A DNA stretch of 64,000 bases from Patescibacteria group bacterium (GTDB taxonomy: Bacteria; Patescibacteriota; Patescibacteriia; UBA9934; GWF2-40-263), in NCBI GenBank assembly GCA_004297215.1, contig SCUM01000001.1:612275-676274 (forward strand). The letters are read 5' to 3'. The translations under genes were made by a program, and so were the position numbers. Within the stretch, counting starts at the first letter, position 1; every line of letters begins with the position of its first letter. Shown here piece after piece: positions 37,307 through 48,178 of the stretch. Below the pieces are notes generated by a model. It worked only from the letters and a program-made list of their open reading frames with translations, did no database searches and was not told the origin of the DNA.

Positions 37307-37888
37307 TTACGCCGGTCTGCACGTGTGCGGACTGTGCACCACGTGCTGGCTCCGTCCGAACATCTTGTACGTGCACGTCCCGACTCGCTCGGTCTGCGTG
37401 CTGTAGACCGAGTCGTTGATCGGGACGAAGACGAACGTGTCGAACGCCGCCTCGTCGCCGAACTTGAACCGCTTCAGGTCCGCCTGCGTCGTGTGGCCGG
37501 CGTAGACCCTTCCGTCGGGAAGCGTCACGTAGCCATCGAGCAGGCACGTCTGCTCCGTGCCCGGCCGCTTCATCACGCTGTAGCCGACCAGCGTGAGCTC
37601 TCCCCCGCCCTTCGACGGGCAGTAGAGACGCGGCACGTCGTCAGCGACGAACCGGTTGGCGTCCTCCCGCAGGGAAGCGACGCACAGGCCGATGCTCGCG
37701 TGCCCACACTCCGTGGTGGCCATGCGGGCGAGCGCGGGGTTGGCGGGGATGAACGGCATCTCCGTCGGTTGTCCCGGCATCACCACCTGCGGCGGGACGA
37801 AGGTCCCGAACGGGGTAGTACAGGTGCCACAGGCAGTGTTGAGACCGACTGTGATGAGAACGAGGACGACGCTGATGATCTGGTTCAT
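37307..37888 (-). CDS. secreted cysteine-rich protein, unknown function
   Basis: Signal peptide (MNQIISVVLVLITVGLNTA) and more than 8 Cys. 193 aa. Confidence 0.5.
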   Translation of the reverse strand: MNQIISVVLVLITVGLNTACGTCTTPFGTFVPPQVVMPGQPTEMPFIPANPALARMATTECGHASIGLCVASLREDANRFVADDVPRLYCPSKGGGELTLVGYSVMKRPGTEQTCLLDGYVTLPDGRVYAGHTTQADLKRFKFGDEAAFDTFVFVPINDSVYSTQTERVGTCTYKMFGRSQHVVHSPHTCRPA

Positions 37889-37924
37889 GGTGTGCTCCTG
37901 TGTCTGGGTGGGTGTGTGGAACTG

Positions 37925-38506
37925 CTAGTCGTCATCTCCGACCATTTTGGTGAGCGCGTCGACATCGCTGTCGAGCTCCTTGATGGCCGCGCCGTGCTCA
38001 TCGACCGTCTTCTTCAGGTCCGCCGGCGCCGACGTTGCCGCCGTGCCGGGCGAGATCACCTGCGGCGGGGCCGTGGCGGCTCCGAGCAGGGCACAGTCGA
38101 TCGGATCGCTGCACAGGCCACCGCCGTACGCCCCATTGGCGCCAAGGCGGTGCACGCTCTCGTGCTCGTTCTCGGTGCGCGCGAGCAAGGCCGCGTCCTG
38201 GGCCCCCACGGCGTCCGTGGTGACCGTCCGCTGCTTGCCGGCGATGAGCCATTTCAGGCACTTGCCCGCCGTGACGTTTCCCTTGCCGTCGTCGATGCGC
38301 TCGTGCTCGGCGCACCGGTCGGGCACCGGGGCCTTTACGACCTGGCCGGTCTTCTCGTCGACCTTGGACTGATACTCCGGCTCGAAGTCCTCGATCACCA
38401 CCTTGGTATTGGTGGGATGGAAGAACCCTTCGAGGCTGACCGGGGTCGAGCAGCCGGCGAGGGCCGCGACGAACAGGATCACGAACGTGGTTGCGATGTC
38501 GTTCAC
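37925..38506 (-). CDS. predicted lipoprotein, Cys-containing, unknown function
   Basis: GTG start with GAGAG upstream. VILFVAALAGCS lipobox. Acidic C-terminus. Confidence 0.4.
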   Translation of the reverse strand: MNDIATTFVILFVAALAGCSTPVSLEGFFHPTNTKVVIEDFEPEYQSKVDEKTGQVVKAPVPDRCAEHERIDDGKGNVTAGKCLKWLIAGKQRTVTTDAVGAQDAALLARTENEHESVHRLGANGAYGGGLCSDPIDCALLGAATAPPQVISPGTAATSAPADLKKTVDEHGAAIKELDSDVDALTKMVGDDD

Positions 38507-38683
38507 TTGGAACTCTCTTTCTTTGGATTGTGAGGGTGCGAATCCCTCTGGGTGACGGGGTTGAGAAATGGTTTGCTGACCTGCCGTATCTGGAAAAACC
38601 CCAATTCCAGAACGTGTGAATATACCACTTTTTTGGGGTTTTGTCAAGGGGAAGAGGTTGATAAATTGGCTGTAATTAGCAAA

Positions 38684-38790
38684 ATGAAGGATGTAGTATG
38701 AAGAATGTAGGATACAAAAAAGCGCTCGTTTCCGACGCTTTCCATTCATCCTTCATCCTACAGTCTTCATCCTTCATTCTGCTCCCCAAT
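38684..38790. repeat. imperfect inverted repeat (ATGAAGGATGTAG...CTACAGTCTTCATCCTTCAT) with nested central hairpin
   Basis: Arms GAAGGATGTAGTATGAAGAATGTAGGAT and ATCCTTCATCCTACAGTCTTCATCCTTC flank AAAGCGCTCGTTTCCGACGCTTT. Lies in the intergenic region 3' of the giant gene. Confidence 0.5.
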
Positions 38791-38850
38791 AAAAAAAGCT
38801 GGTTGCCATGGGAGTACCCATGACTTCCAGCCTCCGTGTAGCCTCTTCTT

Positions 38851-41800
38851 TCAGCCCGTGCACCCGAGGAGCTTCATCCGCTCCGCCGACAGCCCGTACT
38901 TGGCCGCCTTGGCGCACTTGTCCGTCTTCTTCGGCTTGTCGTTGGAAGCGGTCTTTCCGTGACCGCCGCCTCCGTTGCCGTTGCCATTCGACGCGCCCTT
39001 GTCAGCGACGGTCGTCGGCTTCTTCTCGCCCTTCAGCTCGGCCAGCTCGCCTTGCAGGGCCTTCAGCTCTGCCTTGAGCTTCGTCACGTCAGCCTTTGCT
39101 GCCGTGCCCTGCCTTTCGAACTCTTCCCGCTCGCTGATGGAGATGCCCTTCTGCTTGCTCATCTCCTTCAGCCCTTCTGCTTTCCCCTCTGCGTCGACAA
39201 TTTCGGCCGGGATCGCGAGGATCCGCGCCGAGATCTCCTTGCGCCGGAGGAGCTTGGCCTTCTCCTCGTCCGTCTCCACGCCCGCACGGAGGGCCTCCAC
39301 CTCGCGCTTCTTGTTTGCGAGGTCCTTCATGGACCCGATCTCCGCCGTCGCTTGCTCGGCGAGCGCGTCGGCCGCCGTCACGACCACCGTCGTCACGTCG
39401 GCGCGGACCTTCTTCGCCGCTTCATACCTGTCCTTACTGATCGGCGCGAACGTTGAGAAGTCCGGTGCGGTGTTTCCGCCGAATCCGGGAATGGTTTTGG
39501 TCTTCCCGTCCGGCGTGGTGACCGTCATCTCCGAACCCTTCACGAAGAACGATCCGACCACCGCCGCCGCGAGCACCACCGAGACGCCGGTCACGGGGAT
39601 CCAAGCGAACTTGTGATCCTTGAACCGGTACCAGGCGGCAAACGCCGCCGCCGCGACCACGACCAGGATAGCGACCGCCACCAGGAACGCCGCATTCACC
39701 TGCACGCCGTACCAGAGGCCGCGGAGGACGTCCTGGAGGTGCGTCGACGACTGGTACAGGGTCCAGACGAGCGCCGCCACCACCACCGTCGGGATGAGCC
39801 AGTAGCACAGCAACGCGCTGCGCTTCATAAGCGACACCCAGATCCGGTCGATACTGCTTAGCTTGCTCTCGTCCTCCTTCCCGTCCTCGCCCCTGGCCTT
39901 GCGCAGCACCTGCTCCGCGTTGCTCATCTGCGCCCAGTGCGCCACGTAGAGCCCCATCACGCCCAGGGTGAGCGCAAGCCGCATGCCGAACGGGTACTTG
40001 GCACCCGGGTCCATCCACTCGAGCACCGCCGCGTACGCCGTCCCGATGCCCAGCACGACCAGCCCGAGCATGACCAGGTTGCGGAACTTCGTGATCGTCC
40101 CGGGCGTGTCGTCCTTGTAGTTCAGTCCCTGGTCGGTGCGGTCGAGCATCTCCTGCAGCAAGGTCGCCACCGGAGCGGTGAGGACCACCCCGACGATGCC
40201 CGCGAGCAGAGAGAACGCCGCCCCGACGAATCCGCCACCCATCGCGCCGAGTACCGTCACGACGACGGCCGCGGCGAGCGGGATAGCGTACGCCCAGAGC
40301 ACCTTCGGCACCGCCTCGATGAACCTCCGCGCCCGTCCCTTCTTGGGCGGCGGGGGCGGAGGTGGCGGGGGTTGCACGGCCGACTTCTTGGCCACTTCGA
40401 ACGCCTCGTCATGCGCCTTGCCAATAAGTGCCATGAGGCGTTTGCGGTGGCGCTCGGCCAAGTCGACGGCCTTTTGCAACGCCTGCGGATCCGTGGAAGG
40501 CGGATTCGCGGGCTTCAAACCATCCGCGACGGTCCGCGCCCAGTCGAAGCTGTTGGTGGGGTTCTTCCCCACCTTTGCTTGCGTCTGGCCGATGCGCAGG
40601 CACATGAACGCTTGCTTGCGCAGGCTCTTGATCTTAAACACCGATCCGAGCGCCGCATCGAACGCCGCCTTCGTGTCCTCGCCAGCCTTGGCTTGCGCCT
40701 CGGCAACGGCGAGGAACATCTCCGCCCTCTTCTGCGGATCCTCCTCGGCCCGCGCCTCGAGCGCCGTCGCGAGCGCGCCGGACAGGTCCGGCTTCTCCAC
40801 GACGACCGCCGCCGGCTCCTCATCTTCCTTCTTGAGGAGGCCGCCGACGAAGTTCACCACCGTGACCGCGCCGAGCCCCGCCTTGTTGGCAAGCTCCTGC
40901 CTGCCCTTGGCGAAGGCGCGGATGGCCGCCGTGACGTCGTCGAAGCCCTTGTCAGTGAGCTCGCCGTCGTCGTCGAACACGTCGTTCTCGACCAGGGCCG
41001 CTGCGACTTCGCTCGGGAGGTTCATCACCTCGTCGAGATACCCGTGGCCTTCGATCTGCTTGAACAGATCTGGGCTGCGATGCGCGGCGGAGCCATAGGC
41101 GATGGCGATGGCGATGACGTTGCCGTCGATCTCCTTGCGCTCTCCGGGCTTCGCCTCTCCCTCCGCCGGCGCCGCCGCTTTCTTGGCCTCGTCGGCGATG
41201 CGCCGGGCGACCTCGGGCTCGCAGTGCTTGCACACCGCGCTCCCCCCGATGGCTGCCGCGGCTTTCGCTGAGACGAACCGCAGGTTCTTAGTGAAGTCTT
41301 TCGCGTTCGCCTGCAGGAGGGACCCGACCTCGCACAGGAGGACGGGATCCTTCTTCGAGTCGACGGCGACGTTGCCGTCACCGTCGAGCTGCACGGCGTG
41401 GAACACGCCGTCGAGCGTGATCGCGATCGGCCCTTCGAGCGTCTCCCGCTTCGCCACGACCTTCGTCTTGGCGTCGAGGACGGAGTCTCCCGAGCTCGGC
41501 GTCTCGTTCACGTCCTTGATCGGACGCGCCTTGGCCGCGTCGAGGGCGCTCAGGCCCTCGGACAACGTCTGCAGACTGAACTTCTTGACGAGCTGCGAAA
41601 TGAGCCCTGGTCCGAACTCCTTATCGAGGGGAAGCGCGTAGGCCGCATCCGCGAGCAGGGCCGCAATGACTTCGACCGCCACCTCGAGGCTGGGAAGCTT
41701 CAAGGTGATATCCGTCAGCTTCTTCGTGAGCGGCCCGCCTGAGAGCCCCATCTCCTTCAGGTCCTGCACGAGGTGCGGGAGCTGCTGACGGAACTCCTCG

Positions 41801-41931
41801 CCGAGCTTCTTCGCCCCGACTTTCACGCCGAGGTCGAGCGGCTTCGACAGGTCGGGAAACCACTTCTTCCCGAGGGCTACGTCGAGATCCTTGTTCTGGT
41901 TGCCATCGTTCTGCTTGTTCTTCTTGCCCAT
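38851..41931 (-). CDS. giant (1026 aa) multi-pass membrane protein with coiled-coil C-terminus and poly-Pro tract, unknown function
   Basis: Start ATG 41931 (MGKKNKQNDG). Soluble N-half. PPPPPPPPPP at about aa 500, then a block of at least 7 hydrophobic helices. C-terminal K/E-rich coiled coil ending in CAKAAKYGLSAERMKLLGCTG. Confidence 0.55.
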   Translation of the reverse strand: MGKKNKQNDGNQNKDLDVALGKKWFPDLSKPLDLGVKVGAKKLGEEFRQQLPHLVQDLKEMGLSGGPLTKKLTDITLKLPSLEVAVEVIAALLADAAYALPLDKEFGPGLISQLVKKFSLQTLSEGLSALDAAKARPIKDVNETPSSGDSVLDAKTKVVAKRETLEGPIAITLDGVFHAVQLDGDGNVAVDSKKDPVLLCEVGSLLQANAKDFTKNLRFVSAKAAAAIGGSAVCKHCEPEVARRIADEAKKAAAPAEGEAKPGERKEIDGNVIAIAIAYGSAAHRSPDLFKQIEGHGYLDEVMNLPSEVAAALVENDVFDDDGELTDKGFDDVTAAIRAFAKGRQELANKAGLGAVTVVNFVGGLLKKEDEEPAAVVVEKPDLSGALATALEARAEEDPQKRAEMFLAVAEAQAKAGEDTKAAFDAALGSVFKIKSLRKQAFMCLRIGQTQAKVGKNPTNSFDWARTVADGLKPANPPSTDPQALQKAVDLAERHRKRLMALIGKAHDEAFEVAKKSAVQPPPPPPPPPKKGRARRFIEAVPKVLWAYAIPLAAAVVVTVLGAMGGGFVGAAFSLLAGIVGVVLTAPVATLLQEMLDRTDQGLNYKDDTPGTITKFRNLVMLGLVVLGIGTAYAAVLEWMDPGAKYPFGMRLALTLGVMGLYVAHWAQMSNAEQVLRKARGEDGKEDESKLSSIDRIWVSLMKRSALLCYWLIPTVVVAALVWTLYQSSTHLQDVLRGLWYGVQVNAAFLVAVAILVVVAAAAFAAWYRFKDHKFAWIPVTGVSVVLAAAVVGSFFVKGSEMTVTTPDGKTKTIPGFGGNTAPDFSTFAPISKDRYEAAKKVRADVTTVVVTAADALAEQATAEIGSMKDLANKKREVEALRAGVETDEEKAKLLRRKEISARILAIPAEIVDAEGKAEGLKEMSKQKGISISEREEFERQGTAAKADVTKLKAELKALQGELAELKGEKKPTTVADKGASNGNGNGGGGHGKTASNDKPKKTDKCAKAAKYGLSAERMKLLGCTG

Positions 41932-42069
41932 TGGACACTCTCGCTTTCTTCTTTTTGTGCGGGAGGGGACCCCCGCTAGATTTTCAAAGGAGACGCGACC
42001 GGAACCCGGTACGCGATCTCTCCTAACGGGATACTCCCACTCATAAATCCCGCACGGAAAAGACCCTCC

Positions 42070-42098
42070 TATATACGCGAAAAACACCCTTTTGTCAA
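42070..42098 (-). promoter_or_regulatory. strong sigma70-type promoter for the giant gene (minus strand TTGACA-17-TATATA)
   Basis: Consensus -35, 17-bp spacer and an A/T -10, about 140 nt upstream of the ATG at 41931. Confidence 0.5.
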
Positions 42099-42121
42099 GA
42101 GTGTCTGACGGTACTCTTTGC

Positions 42122-43336
42122 TTACTTGAGCGAAAAATCTGTTATCAGCCGGCCTTCTTTTATGAGCGTTGTGGCGGCTTGTCGCGCCGTGGCAGTCCCG
42201 ACGAGGGTCGCGCCGACCAATTTCCCCTTTCGGCCGAACAATTGGACGATGCCGGTCGCGGCATCGCCGAGGACCTTCGTCTCGTCGGCTTTTTCCCGCA
42301 TCACGTCGCCGACGAAGGTGATCGGCGTCCCCAAAAGCTGCGTCGCGAATGAGGACACCAGGCAAAACGGCTGCCGCTCCCCGGCCATATTCGCCGCGAC
42401 GCATCGCCCCTGCATCTGCGCGTTCATCCAGCTCCCCACCATGCGCTGCCGGCCGACGGACAGGTCGAAGAACTCGGCCACGTCCCCGGCGGTCCACACG
42501 TTGGGCGCGTTCGTCTCCAGATATTCGTTTGCCTTCACTCCCTGCCCCACCTCCACGCCGCCTTCGCGGATCCACGAAAGCTCGGCTTCGAGTCCGAGGC
42601 CCAGGCCGACGATCGCTGCCGAGTCCGCGGGCACAGACCCCCTCATGCTCCCCCTTTCCAAGGGGGAGGTAGCGCAGTTCGTCACGAGCGTGACGCCGGA
42701 TGATTCGAGCTTCGTGCGCAGCATCTCCCACGAAGCGCCGTCGAGCGACGAGGAGAAGAACCGGTCGCCGCGCAGCCGCACTTCGATGGGCAACGCACGC
42801 GAAGCGAACAGGTCCACGAACTCGCAGGCGATGAACCCGCCGCCGTAGACGACGCCGCGCGGCTCGCGCCCTACCTCACCCATGCCCTCTCCTTCTAAAG
42901 GAGAGGGGTAGCTGGCTTCGTCCAGCAGCTTCAAGATGTGGTCGGCATCATCCACCGTCTGCATGTGGCAAACATTGCGTCCCTCGAGGTCAGCAGGGCG
43001 CGGCTGGCCGCCGGTGGCGATGAGGAGCTTGTCGTATTCCAGCTCGCGGCCGTCGGAAAGGGTGACGAACGCGTTCTTCGTATCGAGCGCCTGTGCGAAC
43101 GTGCCGGCGAGCCACTCGATGCGGTTCTGCGCGTACCACGCGGCCTTTTTCAGGAACACGCGCTCGCGCGGCACCTTGCCTTGCAGGTAGTGCGGGATCA
43201 GCACGCGCGAATAGAGCGGATGGAATTCCTCGCTCACCAGCGTGATCTGCGCGTCCGGCAGGCGCTTGCGCAGCTCCTCGGCCGCGGTCGTGCCGGCGAT
43301 TCCCCCACCCGCGATGACGAACCGTGTCTCGCTCAC
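42122..43336 (-). CDS. FAD-dependent pyridine nucleotide-disulfide oxidoreductase (ferredoxin/rubredoxin reductase-like)
   Basis: VIAGGGIAGTTAAEELRK dinucleotide motif, second Rossmann VVYGGGFIACEF. GTG start overlapping the ferredoxin stop (ATGTGA). Confidence 0.7.
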   Translation of the reverse strand: MSETRFVIAGGGIAGTTAAEELRKRLPDAQITLVSEEFHPLYSRVLIPHYLQGKVPRERVFLKKAAWYAQNRIEWLAGTFAQALDTKNAFVTLSDGRELEYDKLLIATGGQPRPADLEGRNVCHMQTVDDADHILKLLDEASYPSPLEGEGMGEVGREPRGVVYGGGFIACEFVDLFASRALPIEVRLRGDRFFSSSLDGASWEMLRTKLESSGVTLVTNCATSPLERGSMRGSVPADSAAIVGLGLGLEAELSWIREGGVEVGQGVKANEYLETNAPNVWTAGDVAEFFDLSVGRQRMVGSWMNAQMQGRCVAANMAGERQPFCLVSSFATQLLGTPITFVGDVMREKADETKVLGDAATGIVQLFGRKGKLVGATLVGTATARQAATTLIKEGRLITDFSLK

Positions 43337-43602
43337 ATTTCCGGAAACAGCTGTTTTCCCGCCTCGTCGTACACGAAGATGGCGAGCGTGGGGCAGGACT
43401 GCGCGCCCAGAAGGATGTTTTCCATCTCGGATTGCGTCACCTCAAGCTCGCGCTCATAGCTCTCTCCGCCCGGCTCTTGCCCGTGGTCGAGGACGTCGGC
43501 CTTGTTCTCGGCGTTTAGCTGGAACGTGTCCGGAGCGATGGTGACGCAGCTCGCGGCACCGATGCAGAGGTCGGGATCCACTTTCACTTTGATGCGAGGC
43601 AT
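43333..43602 (-). CDS. small ferredoxin (single Fe-S cluster, CxxxxC...C type)
   Basis: MPRIKVKVDPDLCIGAASCVTIAPDTF...AQSCPTLAI. 89 aa. Confidence 0.7.
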   Translation of the reverse strand: MPRIKVKVDPDLCIGAASCVTIAPDTFQLNAENKADVLDHGQEPGGESYERELEVTQSEMENILLGAQSCPTLAIFVYDEAGKQLFPEM

Positions 43603-43603
43603 A

Positions 43604-44234
43604 TCAACCGAAATACTTTTCCTTATAAAAACGGATCAGTTCCTCCGCCGCCGGCAAGACGCCAGGGTTGCCGATGCCGACCTTGGTCTTCTGTTGGACG
43701 GCCTCGAGCGTATGCGCCCCTTCGAGCACCGCCTCCTCGATGTCGCGGTCCGTGACCTTGGCGACCGGGTCCACCAGGCGGGCGGATTCGACCACCATCT
43801 TATCGGTCTTGCCCGCTCGGCGGTAGTAATCGTTGATGGCGTCTCGCAGCGCCTTGTCGCACAGCACCGAACAATGGAACTTGCGCGCGGGCAGACCGCC
43901 CAGGCGCGCCATGATGTCCTGCGGCTTGAGGTCGCGCGCCTCATCGAGCGTCATGCCGCCGTTCTCGGTCACCATCACCGACGCCATGGAGGTCGAGGCG
44001 ATGGCGCTCCCGCACCCGAACGTCTTCCAGCGGAACTCCCGGATGCGTTCGGACTCGGGATCCACCTTCATCCACACGCGCAACTCGTCGCCGCAGGCCG
44101 GACTCCCCACCTTGCCGGTGGCATCGTACTCGTCGGGACCCACGTCGCGATCGATGAAGTTCTTCGGCCTGAAAAAGTGCTCCTTCACGGTGTCGGAATA
44201 GAACCAGGATTGCTTGCGGTCTCGGCTGGTGACG

Positions 44235-44254
<20 letters not shown>
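43604..44254 (-). CDS. Fe-S cluster assembly scaffold (IscU/NifU-like) with C-terminal extension
   Basis: GSPACGD, FGCGSAIAS and HCS cysteine motifs of U-type scaffolds. Confidence 0.8.
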
Positions 44255-45434
<1,180 letters not shown>

Positions 45435-45520
45435 AACAGGCGGAAGGTAACAGCGAAAACCATCCCTGACAAGAGATGGGGGCGAGGTTCAACCTCCAAG
45501 GTTGAACCTCGCCCCGGACT

Positions 45521-46069
45521 TCAGAGAACCACCCCGAACCTCGTCCGCACGAACCACCCGATGAGGAACCCGATGAGCGCCGCGCCCATGGATACCGCGA
45601 GCATTTCTAACCCGGACCTGATCCGATCCTGCTTCGTGAAAGAGGCGCTCCAATACCCGAGGCCGAACAGCGAGACCCCGGTGCAGGCGATGGACGGGAG
45701 ATACGCGTTTTGGATGGGCAGGAGAAGGTACGGCAGCAACGGGACGAATCCGCCCGCGAAATAGAACGTTCCCATGACGAGCGCCGAACGCCGAGGAGTG
45801 ATCTCTTCCTGATGCCTGCGACGATGTCCGTCGCGCTCGAACGCCTTCTCGGCCGCCGCGGACGACTTGGTGGAAAGATAGCTTCCGGCCGCCATGGAGG
45901 TGGCCTCTACGGCGATCAGCACGAGCCCCGAGAGCACGACGACGTAACTGCTTCCCGTCCCGGCCGCGATCCCGGTGATGGTGCCGAGCGTGGAAACCAG
46001 GCTGTCTTCCAGCCCAAAGACGATTTCCCGCATCGAGCTCACGATGTCTTTCCTCCATCCTCCTTGCAT
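45521..46069 (-). CDS. VIT1/CCC1-family membrane protein (putative Fe/Mn transporter)
   Basis: EIVFGLEDSLVSTLGTITG start and C-terminal TM helices, as in the VIT family. Confidence 0.55.
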   Translation of the reverse strand: MQGGWRKDIVSSMREIVFGLEDSLVSTLGTITGIAAGTGSSYVVVLSGLVLIAVEATSMAAGSYLSTKSSAAAEKAFERDGHRRRHQEEITPRRSALVMGTFYFAGGFVPLLPYLLLPIQNAYLPSIACTGVSLFGLGYWSASFTKQDRIRSGLEMLAVSMGAALIGFLIGWFVRTRFGVVL

Positions 46070-46105
46070 ACTTTCGTGTATTATACCGTATCATTGACTC
46101 ACCCT

Positions 46106-46549
46106 ATGAATATCCCGGAAAAATACCGCCCGTTCGATCGCCCCACGCTCATCGTCGTCACGGATAACGTGCAAGCGAAGCTGTTCAAGGCCGATGGCCG
46201 CGAGGTGAACCTGGTCCATCTCATCTCCAAGAAACTTGAACCCATGGAACAGGAGCGTTCCGCCGTGATGACCGGCGCCGGCCCCCGCAGCGCCGACGAG
46301 CACAACAAGGGGGAGCTGAAAGCGTGGACGCGCGAGCGCCTGTACACGGAGCTTTCGACGGACCTCATGCATCGTCTCCAGGCAAAGGAATTCGAGGCGT
46401 TGGCCTTCACCGCGCCGGAAGAAGACATGAACGAGCTCAAGGAATGCCTGCACGTGGACCTGCTCAAGCACGCGACCGTGTTCGTTCCGAAGGACCTGGT
46501 GAACGACGAATTGGTGGACATCGTCATCCACGTGCAAGATGAGATGTAG
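46106..46549 (+). CDS. hypothetical protein (147 aa)
   Basis: ATG-initiated ORF with terminator. No confident family. Confidence 0.45.
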   Translation: MNIPEKYRPFDRPTLIVVTDNVQAKLFKADGREVNLVHLISKKLEPMEQERSAVMTGAGPRSADEHNKGELKAWTRERLYTELSTDLMHRLQAKEFEALAFTAPEEDMNELKECLHVDLLKHATVFVPKDLVNDELVDIVIHVQDEM

Positions 46550-46554
46550 AAACA

Positions 46555-46583
46555 AAAGCGCGCCCCGAAAGGGGTGCGTTTTT
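46555..46583. terminator. bidirectional terminator (AAAAGCGCGCCCC-gaaa-GGGGTGCGTTTTT)
   Basis: Sits between the + gene and the tRNA-Cys 3' end. Confidence 0.65.
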
Positions 46584-46658
46584 GGAGGCCACGGCCGGGG
46601 TTGAACCGGCGCATAGCGGTTTTGCAGACCGCCGCGTTAACCACTTCGCCACGTGGCC
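46583..46658 (-). tRNA. tRNA-Cys (anticodon GCA)
   Basis: Reverse complement GGCCACGTGGCGAAGTGGTTAACGCGGCGGTCTGCAAAACCGCTATGCGCCGGTTCAACCCCGGCCGTGGCCTCCA. Confidence 0.9.
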
Positions 46659-46782
46659 ATTCGTGCGAGGACGATAACAGGTTTCTCCTTCCGAGGTAAA
46701 GGGCGCGACATGCGAATATTGACCAAACCGTCCGTTTCTGCCATCCTTCCGTCGCCACTAAACGGCAAGGAGACGCAGCAAC

Positions 46783-47445
46783 ATGAAGACGAAGACCGCG
46801 TTCGTGGTGGTTCTCGCCCTTTCCCTCCCCCTCTCCGCCCTCGCGGCGGACCCGCCGGCCACGCAGCCGGTCGCGCCCAAGGCACCTGCCAAGGTCGAGC
46901 CGAAGAAGAAGGCGCCGGCTCCGAAGGCCAAGGCGCCGACCAAGACAGGCCAGGAGCAAGCGCTGGCGCAGCCCGTAAACCCGAGCGAGCAGCTCGCGCT
47001 CGACATCAACAAGGAGCCGGACTGCGCGAAGTTCAAGTCGACGGGCGAGTACTTCACCTACATGAACTCTCGCGTGGATCTGCTTGGGAAGTACGCTGAC
47101 GAGCTCGGTCATGTCTCGCTCATCCTCACGGTCGCGACGCAAGAGCGCGACATCAAGGATCCAAAGCTGCGTGAAGCGGCAGTCGCCGTCAACGATTCCG
47201 TCCAGATGTCGGCCAAGCGTCTGCGTGAGCTGGCAGTCCTGCTCCACATGCCCGGCAACCTCGCGGCCGGAGACGACAAGATGGATCCAGGGATGGTGTC
47301 GACGTGCAGGCAAATGCAGACGTCGACCGCTAATCTCTACCGCTCCACGATGCAGGTCGCATCGACGGCCATCAAGCTCCAACAGGTGCTCGACCGCCGC
47401 TATCCGCCCCCGCCGGACGCCGATGCGCCGGCGGCCACCCCCTGA
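46783..47445 (+). CDS. secreted hypothetical protein with Lys/Pro/Ala-rich N-terminal region
   Basis: AAGGAG RBS, signal peptide, 220 aa, followed by two terminator hairpins. Confidence 0.5.
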   Translation: MKTKTAFVVVLALSLPLSALAADPPATQPVAPKAPAKVEPKKKAPAPKAKAPTKTGQEQALAQPVNPSEQLALDINKEPDCAKFKSTGEYFTYMNSRVDLLGKYADELGHVSLILTVATQERDIKDPKLREAAVAVNDSVQMSAKRLRELAVLLHMPGNLAAGDDKMDPGMVSTCRQMQTSTANLYRSTMQVASTAIKLQQVLDRRYPPPPDADAPAATP

Positions 47446-47446
47446 C

Positions 47447-47467
47447 CCGTCCATGACGGGTTTTTTC
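47447..47467 (+). terminator. terminator (CCCGTCCATGACGGG plus T6)
   Basis: Directly after the stop codon of the secreted-protein gene. Confidence 0.6.
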
Positions 47468-47472
47468 ATACA

Positions 47473-47498
47473 AAAACCGGCCGCATTGGCCGGCTTTT
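47473..47498. terminator. bidirectional terminator (AAAAACCGGCC-gcatt-GGCCGGCTTTT)
   Basis: Serves the convergent minus-strand 3D-domain gene. Confidence 0.6.
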
Positions 47499-47502
47499 CC
47501 GT

Positions 47503-48047
47503 CTAGTACACCTCAATCATCGCCCTGCGCCTCCCGAGCTTCCTCGCCTCGTCACGACTCTCCATCCACACGTCCATCGCCTGGCCGTACCGCGCGTTCA
47601 TGCGGTCCTCGACGATGAATTCCTTGTCTCCGAACAGCTGCGGAATCTTCACTTTCGTCCCAATGGGGAGGAAGTTGGCGGCCACGATCCCGTCGCGAAC
47701 ATGGGTGCCAGAGGCGGTCACGAATGGGGTATCGTCGGTCTGCCACGGGTCGGAGTTGTACGCGCTCACGGGAACGACCATGCGCCGTTTCCAGGCGGGC
47801 TTCGGGGAATCCGGCAGCGTGCCGAACGGCCGGGTGGCATTCTGCATGGCCGCCACCTGCAGGGCGAGGGCTTCCGCGCGCTCGGCCTCGTGGGCATCCT
47901 CCCGCGCGAACGCCGCGGGGGCAGACATGACGAGGACGCTCACGAGACAGGCGGCGGCGAGTGAAAGGTCCAAAGCATGGCGGCGCAAAGCGCGCCGCGT
48001 GCCTTGGGCCCACACCATCGACGGTAAGGGACTCATAGGTCGCGACA
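47503..48047 (-). CDS. 3D-domain (MltA-like) cell-wall protein
   Basis: C-terminal VVPVSAYNSDPWQTDDTPFVTASGTHVRDGIVAANFLPIGTKVKIPQLFGDKEFIVEDR 3D-domain signature. Start ambiguous (ATG at 48047, 48037 or 48018; TTG at 48075). Confidence 0.55.
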
Positions 48048-48178
48048 TTGTACGTTCGACGCGGCAACGAGTCAACGGATAACTTGAAAAAGAGGCTCAA
48101 ATCCGCTACGATTCTCCGAACCGTATGTCCTCCCACCGCTACCCCTCCCATCAATGGCATCCCGGGCGGAGATCCCGC

